Source of the DNA: a candidate division FCPU426 bacterium | Lineage (GTDB): Bacteria; Oederibacteriota; Muellerivitia; Muellerivitales; Muellerivitaceae | Assembly: GCA_963830915.1 (NCBI GenBank) | Contig: CAWHOE010000002.1 | Location: 1-41,959, forward strand | Length of the DNA stretch: 41,959 bases | Direction: 5' to 3' | Part shown: piece by piece, positions 1 through 8,291 of the stretch | How positions within the stretch are numbered: the stretch's first letter is position 1 | Layout: every line of letters begins with the position of its first letter | Notes under the pieces: model-generated | Told to the model about the DNA's origin: nothing | What the model saw: only the letters and a program-made list of their open reading frames with translations | Databases searched by the model: none | Made by a program: the position numbers and the translations under genes

Positions 1-800
1 CCACGCTGGCAATTGCTCATGACGAGATGCTACTTGAGTTGCCTCAAATCCACATTGTGGCTGATTTTTTGAGGATGAATCTGGGGAGTCACGCGGGTTT
101 TGCTGACGTGCACCCATCGCCGCGCCGCGCTGAGGAGTCACTACAATCACCATGGTTGCTAGGTGGGTCGCAGCATGGACCCCCATCGCCGAGGGGCTGG
201 AGGCTGCTGAGGAGTTGGGTCCATGTAAATGGTTGGTGTTTGGGTGCATGTGGCACGCTGTCATGGTCGGAGGCGGGGGTGGCGGCGAGGGACAGTCGGG
301 GTGGGTGGTCAGGGCGACGGCGGGCAGCGGGTAATGATGACGACGGCGGGGCGAGGAGTTGCGGGCGGGGGGGTGGAGGTCATATGTGTGGTGGGTAGTG
401 GAAGCGTGAGCCAGCGTGCGCGGGCCGCACGCAGAGTGAATTTGTTATGTGGGGGTGAAGGTTGGGGAGGACATCGCCGAGTGCCCAGGGGGTCCACAAA
501 CCACCGGCGAATTGTGGAACCAGTGCTCCAATTGTGGTGGAGGATCTCCTGCAAATGCACGCGACCCGAGGAGGAGGGCGAACACATCGACAAGCCCCAG
601 CAACAGACCCTGGTGGGAGTGGTCAAGGGGATGGCACCATGTTCATCGTCCATTGGGTCTATGCTACATCGAGAATGATTATATGATGACGAAGGTGGAG
701 GGGGAGGAGGTATTATTGGAGACGGAACTGACATTGCTGTTTGTATGGGTGTTGTGAATGATATAATGCTATGGGGTCGAATTGGGTGGCGTCAACATGG
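1..800. other. Compositionally anomalous segment (probable chimeric or low-quality contig end)
   Basis: G-rich, low-complexity plus strand. No ORF has a recognisable product or the GC3 bias of the rest of the window. It follows a gene that accumulates frameshifts towards this end. Boundary approximate. Confidence 0.6.
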
Positions 801-1938
801 TGGCGCGGCGGTCACTGCACGGGGCCGTGAGGATCGCCTGAGGAGGGGCTTCCGAAATTCGGGCAAGAGGAGTCGGCGCCGGGGCGGGGGGAAAATTCGC
901 CGTCGCGGTGGGGGTGCTGGTGAAAGTCGGCGTTGGGGTGGAGGCCAGGATGGTCGAGGGGATGCTGTTCATGAAGGTGCCGGTCGGCAGGCTGGCGTTC
1001 GCGAATAGAGAATCGGTCGGCATGGCCATGAAGTCCATGGACGGCCTCCCACCGCGTCCACCGAGACATCGACCGTGATGAAAAGAAAAATCGTCGCCTG
1101 CACGTTCCAGCGGTTCGTAGTGTTCCGCCATTCAGTGGCCGTCAACGTCAAGGAGCCACCAGGCTGGCTTGCGACGGGTTGAAATTAGGTCCGGCGGAGG
1201 AAGGCTCGTCCCACAGGTCGACGTTCGTGAGTTCAGCGGCGGTCAGGGTCCCGTTGCTGAAGATGAGAGACCTGGGTCAAGGGCACAGCCCCCGACACCT
1301 GGATCTGGGCGCCATAGACGGGATAGGTGGTCGTCCCGGGCGGCACCCACCCGCCCGCGACCTGCTGCAGGACGAAAGAGGGGGAGCCCGTCGCCACGAT
1401 GGATTCAAAGGTGGCCGCGGTCACGGGACCGGAGCTGGGATAAGACCAAACCCGACCCGAAGGTCACATAACCGGCTTGCTGGGTGACGTTGAAGGTGTC
1501 CCCCGCCGTGGCCAGCGACCCCAGGTCCACCGTCACGAACAGGGTCCCTCCGACCGTGACCGGAAAGTTAAAGGAGCTTCCCCAGGAGTAATGGGAAGAA
1601 GCGGAAATAGGCCCGATCAAGACCGCCTCGCTTTGCGAGAAAGGCCCGGCCTGGCTTTGGTACCAAAGGTTCATGGTCGTGATATCGGGCGGCGTGCCGG
1701 TCCCGGCGTTCTGGGTGCCGATGTCATTATCCAGGCCGAAGTAGGTGAGAGTGTCCGCGTTCCCGGCGGACCCGGTCAGTTGATAGGCGAGCACCGGGTC
1801 GTATTGGGAGCCGACCGCGAAACTGGACGCCGGCAGGGTCACCTGGGTCAAGCCCGTGACCTGAGCGAGGATCGGTTGAGCGATGAATGACCCTAATGTC
1901 ATCCCGGTCAGAAGAATGATTACTTTATGCCTGAACAT
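769..1938 (-). pseudogene. Secreted protein with tandem beta-rich domains and Thr/Pro linker, broken by at least 4 frameshifts (likely sequence error)
   Basis: ATG at 1938 with GGAGG RBS; signal peptide MFRHKVIILLTG...ILAQ. Coding sense continues across frames: ...FGSGLV / PSSGPVTAATFES...PLTQVS / LIFSNGTLTAAELTNVDLWDEPSSAGPNFNPSQASLVA / LTLTATEW...LFITVDVS / MDFMAMPTDS...STPTPTFTSTPTAT. 3' end uncertain. Confidence 0.65.
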
Positions 1939-2061
1939 CCCGCCTCCGCGTCTTATCCAACATAGTGAAAGGATACCACGATTCATTCATTGGGGAGAAA
2001 TGTCCGATATCACAATGGAAACAAATGGGATTTATCTTGGACTCGGGGGGTAAAAACCTCG

Positions 2062-2514
2062 TCAGTGCTGATACCCGTCGAACCGGGGCATCATGACGAA
2101 CTTGCGCCAATCCCCGCCATGGGCGAGGACCGCGTACATTTCCTTGGCGTTGAACTTTTCCTTGGGACAGAGGTACACCATGGCCTGGAGTTTTTCGCCG
2201 GTCGAGGTGACCGTCACCTCGCGGACCTCCCGGACCAACCGGCTGCTCTGGATGGCTTCGGGCCTGTAACCTTCCTGGCCGTCGATGATCTCCATGACCT
2301 TGTCCATGTCCTCGAACGACATCACCTCGCCGAACACCTTCCCGTCCCCGTCCTCCACCACCAGGGGCAGACCGGTGGGCAATTGGTAGAGTTTCCCGGT
2401 CATCTCGGCCCTGGCCCAGGTCTTGATATAAGGAACGAGCTTCACATGTTTGACCGCGTCCTTCAGGAAGACGTCATAAACGAAAACATAAGGGGTGGGA
2501 TATTGCTCGGCCAT
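2062..2514 (-). CDS. Gamma-glutamylcyclotransferase (GGCT/AIG2-like) family protein
   Basis: YVFVY N-terminus, GKLY..GLP.VV...GKVFGEV, IDGQEGY, AMVY, GGDW C-terminus match the family. GGAGG RBS before ATG 2514. Confidence 0.75.
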   Translation of the reverse strand: MAEQYPTPYVFVYDVFLKDAVKHVKLVPYIKTWARAEMTGKLYQLPTGLPLVVEDGDGKVFGEVMSFEDMDKVMEIIDGQEGYRPEAIQSSRLVREVREVTVTSTGEKLQAMVYLCPKEKFNAKEMYAVLAHGGDWRKFVMMPRFDGYQH

Positions 2515-2612
2515 GAAACCCTCCAATGGATTGAGTAGAGCCGTATGTTACTAAAGGGACTTTAAAAAAGAAACCATTCGGCAATTTTTAGCTTTTTTCG
2601 ATATCAAGAAAC

Positions 2613-2647
2613 AAAGCTTTTCGCTGTGTCTCTGTGCCTCTGTGGTG
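2613..2647. repeat. REP-like 9-bp-periodic repeat (inverted copy of 6601-6635)
   Basis: Reverse complement CACCACAGAGGCACAGAGACACAGCGAAAAGCTTT matches 6601-6635 at 34/35. Confidence 0.85.
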
Positions 2648-2665
2648 AATTATTTCGATGTTTCT

Positions 2666-2977
2666 TTATTTAACCAGGGTCATCCAAAGGCCGCCGGAAA
2701 CGATCAAAAGCCCCCCAATGACGCGGGACATGGGAAGGGCTTCCCCGAATATCCATACGCTGAATATCTGGGATATGACGAAGAACAGGACGATATAAAC
2801 CCCCAATAACTGGCCAAAATCCCATTTAGGAAGGTTCACGGTCAATCCATAGGTAAAAAGCACCACAGCCCCCAGGACGAAACCCAGGATCCGTCCGGAC
2901 TTCAACCCCCATCGCACCAGCGCGTCCCCGCCGACTTCCAATAAGGCGGCCAAGACCAATATCGCCCAAGAACCCAT
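2666..2977 (-). CDS. Small 4-TM DMT/SMR-like membrane protein (YnfA-like)
   Basis: 103 aa, four hydrophobic helices, membrane Glu at position 14 (AALLEVGGD). AAGGAG RBS. Confidence 0.7.
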   Translation of the reverse strand: MGSWAILVLAALLEVGGDALVRWGLKSGRILGFVLGAVVLFTYGLTVNLPKWDFGQLLGVYIVLFFVISQIFSVWIFGEALPMSRVIGGLLIVSGGLWMTLVK

Positions 2978-2996
2978 TTTGTTCTCCTTAGTTAAT

Positions 2997-3020
2997 AGTC
3001 CACGGTCGACAGTCGACAGT
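2997..3020. repeat. Heptamer (AGTCGAC-like) tandem repeat
   Basis: AGTCCAC-GGTCGAC-AGTCGAC-AGT; same unit as in 3437-3520. Confidence 0.6.
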
Positions 3021-3052
3021 TCGGTCGAAAACGATCCGCCAACACCGATCGA

Positions 3053-3415
3053 TCATTTTCTTTTCTTTGTTTCTTTGGAGGAGATGGCTTTGGCGCCCCG
3101 CTCCCCCGTACGGATTCGGATAGCGTCTTTCACTTCCGAGATGAATATCTTGCCATCCCCCGGCTCGCCGGTCTTGGCGGCCGAAACAATGGCTTTGATC
3201 ACGTTCTTCTGGTCCTTGTTCTCGACCACGATCTCCATTTTGGTCTTCGGCAGGAAATTGACCTGCATCCCCTCGGGCCAGTCCGAATGGAGGCCCTTTT
3301 GCCGGCCATGGCCTTCCATCTCGGTGACCATCATGCCCGGATAGCCGATCTTTCTCAGTTTCAACCGCACCGCGTCGAGTTTCTCTGGTCGGATGATGGC
3401 TTCAATTTTTAGCAT
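3053..3415 (-). CDS. glnB: P-II family nitrogen regulator, divergent T-loop
   Basis: KIEAIIRPEKL, GHGRQKG, FLPK, TGEPGDGKIFIS, RIRTGERG motifs. GGGGAGG RBS. glnB versus glnK cannot be resolved from sequence. Confidence 0.9.
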   Translation of the reverse strand: MLKIEAIIRPEKLDAVRLKLRKIGYPGMMVTEMEGHGRQKGLHSDWPEGMQVNFLPKTKMEIVVENKDQKNVIKAIVSAAKTGEPGDGKIFISEVKDAIRIRTGERGAKAISSKETKKRK

Positions 3416-3436
3416 GTCTGGCCTCCCCACTCCTTT

Positions 3437-3520
3437 AGTTTACAGTCGGCAGTCGACGGTCGGCAGGTTGGTCAAAACCCGTGTTAGAAATTATCCCCTG
3501 TCGGCTGTCGACTGTAAACT
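3437..3520. repeat. Inverted repeat built from AGTCGAC heptamers
   Basis: Arms 3437-3459 and 3498-3520 are complementary at 20/23. All three differences are G-T pairs on the + strand. Confidence 0.8.
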
Positions 3521-3537
3521 CTTCTTGTCGCTAGATA

Positions 3538-3580
3538 CAACAAAGGGGCCAACCTGGTTCAGGGTCAGCCCCTCTTGTTG
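3538..3580 (-). terminator. Stem-loop between the two P-II genes (terminator/processing hairpin)
   Basis: CAACAAAGGGGC...GCCCCTCTTGTTG inverted repeat just downstream of the 3614 stop; weak U-tract. Confidence 0.5.
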
Positions 3581-3613
3581 CCCAAAAAGAGAGAGAGATG
3601 ATGATTTCACTTA

Positions 3614-3958
3614 TTAACTGACGACTTTCTCCCCCGCTTCCCCGCTGCTGATCCGATAGGCTTCCTCGATCGCGTATACGAAGATCTTCCCATCCCCAAC
3701 CGTCCCGGACGTCGCGCTCTTCAGGATGGCCTTCACCATCTTGGCGACGGCCTGGCTGGTGGTGACCACTTCCAACTTCAACTTCGGGAGCAGTTCCACC
3801 TTGTACTGCCGGCCCCGCCATCTCTGGGTCATTCCCTTCTGCTTGCCGTGACCCTCGACTTCGGTGACCGTGATGCCCGCGTAATCCACCTTATCCAGGG
3901 CCGCTTTCACTTCCTCGAATTTTTCCGGTCTGATGATCGCTTCTATCTTTTTCAACAT
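3614..3958 (-). CDS. glnK: P-II family nitrogen regulator
   Basis: KKIEAIIRPEK, GHGKQKG..RGRQY (Tyr51 equivalent present), LLPK, GDGKIF. GAGGTGG RBS. Confidence 0.9.
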   Translation of the reverse strand: MLKKIEAIIRPEKFEEVKAALDKVDYAGITVTEVEGHGKQKGMTQRWRGRQYKVELLPKLKLEVVTTSQAVAKMVKAILKSATSGTVGDGKIFVYAIEEAYRISSGEAGEKVVS

Positions 3959-4004
3959 ATTCCACCTCGCCATCCCTGGACTTTGGTGTTACTTCTTAAA
4001 GGTT

Positions 4005-4031
4005 CCCCCGGCTTCGGATTAAAGCCGGGGG
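4005..4031 (-). terminator. GC-rich hairpin after porin gene
   Basis: CCCCCGGCTT...AAGCCGGGGG perfect 10-bp stem just after the porin stop; short U run. Confidence 0.55.
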
Positions 4032-4043
4032 CCCATTCCGATC

Positions 4044-5243
4044 TTAGTAGTTGAACACGATGCTTCCCGAACCGGTGAACTGGCTTCCCTGCGCCGCGGC
4101 AAAGGGGCCGGGAACAGACGGTGTGGCGGTCGGGTTATCCGCGGTGCCGCCGGTCAAGGCGTAGTCGTAGCGGCCTTCCAGGCGGAACAGCAGGTTCGAA
4201 TTCAGGTTATGTGAGATGGTCAGAGTGGCTTCCCGGCCTTCCACATAAGGTTTGCTGGGATCCATGCTCTGCTGGCCGTAAATGCCCAGCCAGCTGTCGC
4301 TGGATTCCAACTCTTCCAAGCGTAAGGCGAGTGACCAATCGCTGGAGATCTGGTACTTGCCGTACAGGGCAGCGCCCCAGAAGCTGGCGGTGGCCAATTG
4401 CTCGGAGGACGGGCTGATCCCGCCGTACTCGGCGTCCAAGGCCAAGGAAAGCTTGTCCGACACGTTGGTGCTGGCGACCAATTCGGCCACATAGTGCGTA
4501 TCACCCTGGTCGAAATTAGGCACCGACCCGGCGAAGGCTCCGTTGGCCCCGATGACCCCGTTCAACAAAACGGTGTTGTTGGCGTCCGGCGCGAACTTGA
4601 ATTGCAAGCCGTAGGTCTTCCCGACATCGTAATAACTGGAGGTTGAGGCGTTATTCCACCCATTGGTGATGTAGCCCGTGACCCCGAACTTGGAATCGGC
4701 CGTGGCGTAAGCCAGGCTGATACCTTGGTGCCACAAGGGAATGGTGTACCAGAACATCAGCGAACGGCTGTAGTTCCAGTTGCCGTTGCTCTCGATCACC
4801 TCATTGCCCATCCAGGTGGAGAAACGGCCGCCCGTCAGCGTGAACTGCCCGGCGGTATAAGCGGCGTAAGCCTGCAGGAAATCGATCCCTGGGTTCAAGG
4901 CCAGGCTGCTATTGCTGCTTCCGCCCACCAAGGCGACGAAGCCGGTGGCCGAGCCCATGACCGCCTTCACGTCGACCTCCGCCAAAGCCAGGGAGAACGC
5001 GTCATCCGTGGTATTGAAGAAGGTTCCGTTGTTACCCATCCCATTCACACCCTTGCTGGAATTGGTGAAGTTGTACGTGTAGTACCCATCCACCAAACCA
5101 TCCACCGAGACCACCGGGGTCGGAGCCGCGGTGGGTGAAGCCGTGGCGGCCGGAGTGGCGGCCGTGTCGGCCAAGGCCGGCGTGACCATCGCGGCCAAAG
5201 CGACCGAGACCAGCCAATTGATCAACCTACTGGACTTTCTCAT
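4044..5243 (-). CDS. Outer-membrane beta-barrel porin (OmpL-like/BBP2 type)
   Basis: Signal peptide; GLVDGYYTYNF, QAYAAY, G.F.TWMGNEVIES..NWNYSRS, NGWN, RLEGRYD motifs; C-terminal aromatic residue. AAGGAGG RBS. Confidence 0.8.
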   Translation of the reverse strand: MRKSSRLINWLVSVALAAMVTPALADTAATPAATASPTAAPTPVVSVDGLVDGYYTYNFTNSSKGVNGMGNNGTFFNTTDDAFSLALAEVDVKAVMGSATGFVALVGGSSNSSLALNPGIDFLQAYAAYTAGQFTLTGGRFSTWMGNEVIESNGNWNYSRSLMFWYTIPLWHQGISLAYATADSKFGVTGYITNGWNNASTSSYYDVGKTYGLQFKFAPDANNTVLLNGVIGANGAFAGSVPNFDQGDTHYVAELVASTNVSDKLSLALDAEYGGISPSSEQLATASFWGAALYGKYQISSDWSLALRLEELESSDSWLGIYGQQSMDPSKPYVEGREATLTISHNLNSNLLFRLEGRYDYALTGGTADNPTATPSVPGPFAAAQGSQFTGSGSIVFNY

Positions 5244-5279
5244 TTCTTCCTCCTTGAAGAAGTTTCATTTTTAAAAAAT

Positions 5280-5316
5280 TGAGCGGTTCCCTTCCCAGGG
5301 GAGAAGGACCCGCTCA
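5280..5316 (-). promoter_or_regulatory. 5'-UTR stem-loop of the porin operon
   Basis: TGAGCGG...CCGCTCA-closed hairpin starting ~8 nt after the predicted sigma-54 start site (~5324). Confidence 0.5.
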
Positions 5317-5334
5317 GGAACGGTATAGGAACAA

Positions 5335-5350
5335 AGCAAGCCTTGTGCCA
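5335..5350 (-). promoter_or_regulatory. Sigma-54 (-24/-12) promoter
   Basis: TGGCAC-AAGGC-TTGCT on the minus strand matches TGGCAC-N5-TTGCW, upstream of porin and P-II genes. Confidence 0.85.
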
Positions 5351-5447
5351 TTCGGATGAAATTAAGAATTAGTTTTTTGTTAGGAAGAACCGCTGAAAAC
5401 AAAGGAATTCTGTAGTGGGGGCTGTTACATAATTGTAGGCTATTACA

Positions 5448-5882
5448 TTATTCGTAATTAATTGTAGATACCAACAACTTTCGGTCCAATCCCAAAATCA
5501 GGCGAAACCGAAGAACCTTTTTCATTTTGGCGATGGTCCCGCACATCAAACAGGGCCCGTTGGCGCACTTGGGGGTGGCCTGCCCTTCCACATATTGGAT
5601 GCGTTTATCCCAGTCCTTGACCTTGAATAGATGCTCCTCGGTCTTTTGGACGAGATTCTCGGGAACGTCGAATTTCAGGTAGCACTCGATCTTGGAGAAA
5701 ACATAGACGTTCTTTTGGCAGAAGGCCAAATTCAGCACATTGCAATTATCGGGGGAGATATCGGTGAAAGTCCATCCATCCTGACCGCCTCCCATGGATT
5801 TCCAGAAGTCTTTCGAGAAGGGGTTCTTGGACCGGGTCATCTCGCTGAATAGCGACTTGGTGGTGTAATGATAAAGGATCAT
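5448..5882 (-). CDS. Hypothetical protein, HYD1-type ADP-ribosyltransferase-like
   Basis: LYHYT start and G.TFTDISP resemble the Tox-ART-HYD1 signature; C-terminal C-x4-C-x2-C. Confidence 0.5.
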   Translation of the reverse strand: MILYHYTTKSLFSEMTRSKNPFSKDFWKSMGGGQDGWTFTDISPDNCNVLNLAFCQKNVYVFSKIECYLKFDVPENLVQKTEEHLFKVKDWDKRIQYVEGQATPKCANGPCLMCGTIAKMKKVLRFRLILGLDRKLLVSTINYE

Positions 5883-6028
5883 GAGAGCACACTCCGTTTA
5901 AGGCGGACCGCTCCCCCATCCTTTCGGTCTATCCTACGAAGGTCATTTTAAGCGCTCTTGCCCGGGACCTTGATGATTTAAATCAGCATAAAAACCTTTG
6001 AAATCGCCAAAAGGGTCGCCATTCCGTG

Positions 6029-6529
6029 TCATTCCTTGGGCGGGGCGAAACCCAGCCACAGGATCAGGACGAGCAACAACAGCCCCCCGATCAGGAAGCC
6101 CGGAATAAGGATCATGGCCGGCAGTCGGAACAAGGGATCGGACACGTTGGCCTGGTAGACCATCTGTTGGGTCATGCACAGGACCAGATTGACGAAGGCG
6201 CCGATCGAACAAGGGATGATCCCCAGCCTGTGGTCCAATTCCGCCGTTCGTTCCGGGGTCGAGAGCCAAAACTCCTTGTTCGGGATATTGACGAGCTCTT
6301 TGGGCAAGCGCGTGGTGATGAAACCCATCACCAGGAACAAAAGGTTCACCGCTACTGAGATGGTCATGAAAACAGTAAGGAAAGATTCTTTGGTCGCGTA
6401 GCCGTTGGGCCGCCAGTTGAAATCGAAGTGGGAGGCGATCCTTTCGGGCAGGCAGTTCCAAAGGACCGCCAGATAGGCCATCGCCAAAATGAAGGTTCCC
6501 GCCCAGACCCAGCCCATTCTTTTCATCAT
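6029..6529 (-). CDS. DUF1648 (SdpI N-terminal-like) membrane protein
   Basis: TM helix then LPERIASHFDFNWRPNGY, plus three more TM helices. AAGGAG RBS. Confidence 0.8.
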   Translation of the reverse strand: MMKRMGWVWAGTFILAMAYLAVLWNCLPERIASHFDFNWRPNGYATKESFLTVFMTISVAVNLLFLVMGFITTRLPKELVNIPNKEFWLSTPERTAELDHRLGIIPCSIGAFVNLVLCMTQQMVYQANVSDPLFRLPAMILIPGFLIGGLLLLVLILWLGFAPPKE

Positions 6530-6600
6530 CGCGCTCTCCTTTTCACAGCCGCTCCCCGGCCTTTTATTCTAAAAACGCCATTGAACCACCAAATTCCTCG

Positions 6601-6635
6601 CACCACAGAGGCACAGAGACACAGCTAAAAGCTTT
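6601..6635. repeat. REP-like 9-bp-periodic repeat
   Basis: CACCACAGAGGCACAGAGACACAGCTAAAAGCTTT; inverted partner at 2613-2647. Confidence 0.85.
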
Positions 6636-6666
6636 TTTGATACCGAAGAAAACAAAAAAGCAACTT

Positions 6667-8133
6667 TTAGAAGTTCGCTAATTTCCAATCCACGTTCATG
6701 GTCGCTATCCCGTCCAATTCCACCCGCGCCACCATCCCCTCATTGTCAGCGTAGGCGTCCAACACCGAAAGCGAATCCACCCTGGTGCTCAATCGCGCGT
6801 TCGGGCCCAGGGACAGGTTCAGGATCTGATCCATCCTGGCTTTGAGTTGATCCAGCTTGGGCCCGATGGGCACCTTGGCCTTGAGCCGCAGTTCCTTGCG
6901 CAGGTTGGATTTGAATATCCATTCGGCCACCTGGACCAAAAAATCCCCGGTCTTGATGTCGAAGTCCAGGTCCGGAAGGATGAAGACCCTTTTTCCCGGC
7001 AGGTAATGGGGCGTGCCGACCAGATAGACGGTCATCTGGGCCGGCTTGCCGGAAAAATTGATGATGGGGTTGTACTGCGTTTTTACTTCCGCCACCACCT
7101 TCCCTCCCGACCCGTAGAACCTCACCGTCAGGATCTTGAGCTTACGGTCCCCGCTTTCCTTGAAGACATGTCCCAAGATCCCCATGCTCAGGTCCTTGAT
7201 CAGGCGGTTGGCTTCCGTATAGCTGACCCGGACGTTGCCCAGCGCGTGGAACCCTCCCGGACCCGGCTCATATTTGATCAATGGCGGCAAGGGCCTTTGG
7301 GCAATGTCGGGCTTGGCCCCGAACACGATGACCGGGTGGGCGGTGATCTCGAAGGCCGTGTCCAGGGTCTGGGGTTTGAAAGGATTCAGGTGCGGCTTTT
7401 TTACCGCGGCCTTCTCGGGCTGGATCAAAAGCCATATGCCTTTTTCCAGATAGATAGGTTCCTGTATCTCCGACCAGACCTTCTCGGCCTTGGGCCTCAT
7501 ATTGGAAACGTCCCTCAGGGTCTGGTTGAACTGCTGGGCCCCCTTCTGGAGGTCCGAAAGACCCATGTGGTTGAGGAGGGAATTCACCTCGTCCGTGGAG
7601 GCGGTCAAGGAGGTCCCCTTGGCCTCGGGCGGATTGAAAGAGAAAAGGCTTTTCAAATGCCAATCCGGGTCCCACTGGATGACCGTTTTGGTCTTGGCGA
7701 CCACTTCCTGAGGCGGGGATTTTCCGGGGATCAATCGGCGCAAAAGACCCACCCCTTTGCTGGTGATGGCCTTCGCCTCGTCCACGACCCAATAGTGCAC
7801 CTTGAGGGAGAGGGACAGGGAGTCCTTCATGGCGTCCAGCTGCACCGGGTCCCGCCAGGCCCGGGACAACAGACCGCCCGCCAGGTGGAACCAGTGGGGG
7901 AGGTCCCGCCGCAGATTGCCCGTGACCAGGGGCGAGTCGGCCCCGCCCAAAAGGTCCGCGATGGGAAGGGTCACGACCACCGGGATGCGGATGACCGCCG
8001 GAGGCGGTTCGGGAAAGGCCCTGACCGGCGCGGGCCGGATGGGGACTTCTAAATGGTTCACGGTCGCGCAGCCCGTGGCGCTCAGGGCCAACAGCGTTAG
8101 TCCCCATTTCAGCAGACCCTTGACCGGTTCCAT
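6667..8133 (-). CDS. DUF4403-family lipoprotein
   Basis: Lipobox-like LLALSATGC; WSEIQEPI...WLLIQP and GTPHY....FILPDLDFDIKT patterns recalled for DUF4403. Start uncertain. Confidence 0.65.
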   Translation of the reverse strand: MEPVKGLLKWGLTLLALSATGCATVNHLEVPIRPAPVRAFPEPPPAVIRIPVVVTLPIADLLGGADSPLVTGNLRRDLPHWFHLAGGLLSRAWRDPVQLDAMKDSLSLSLKVHYWVVDEAKAITSKGVGLLRRLIPGKSPPQEVVAKTKTVIQWDPDWHLKSLFSFNPPEAKGTSLTASTDEVNSLLNHMGLSDLQKGAQQFNQTLRDVSNMRPKAEKVWSEIQEPIYLEKGIWLLIQPEKAAVKKPHLNPFKPQTLDTAFEITAHPVIVFGAKPDIAQRPLPPLIKYEPGPGGFHALGNVRVSYTEANRLIKDLSMGILGHVFKESGDRKLKILTVRFYGSGGKVVAEVKTQYNPIINFSGKPAQMTVYLVGTPHYLPGKRVFILPDLDFDIKTGDFLVQVAEWIFKSNLRKELRLKAKVPIGPKLDQLKARMDQILNLSLGPNARLSTRVDSLSVLDAYADNEGMVARVELDGIATMNVDWKLANF

Positions 8134-8291
8134 GTGGATGGATGACTCCCTCGGAAGTGATGACCGGAACCATGCCCCGGCGGGGCCCCATCGATCCATC
8201 CATTGTAAACTCCGCCCCATCCCCTCCCAAGAAAAATGCCCGGGCCATTCTTTTGCCCCGGCCCGCCGGAGGCTCGGCTAAAATGCGACCC

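Noticed and set aside
27..757. ORFs in the first 760 bp
   Set aside because: Low-complexity translations, no RBS or family motifs, anomalous composition.
2978..3052. Guanidine riboswitch upstream of the SMR-like gene
   Set aside because: No ACGR twin hairpins or ykkC-type consensus; the region holds heptamer repeats.
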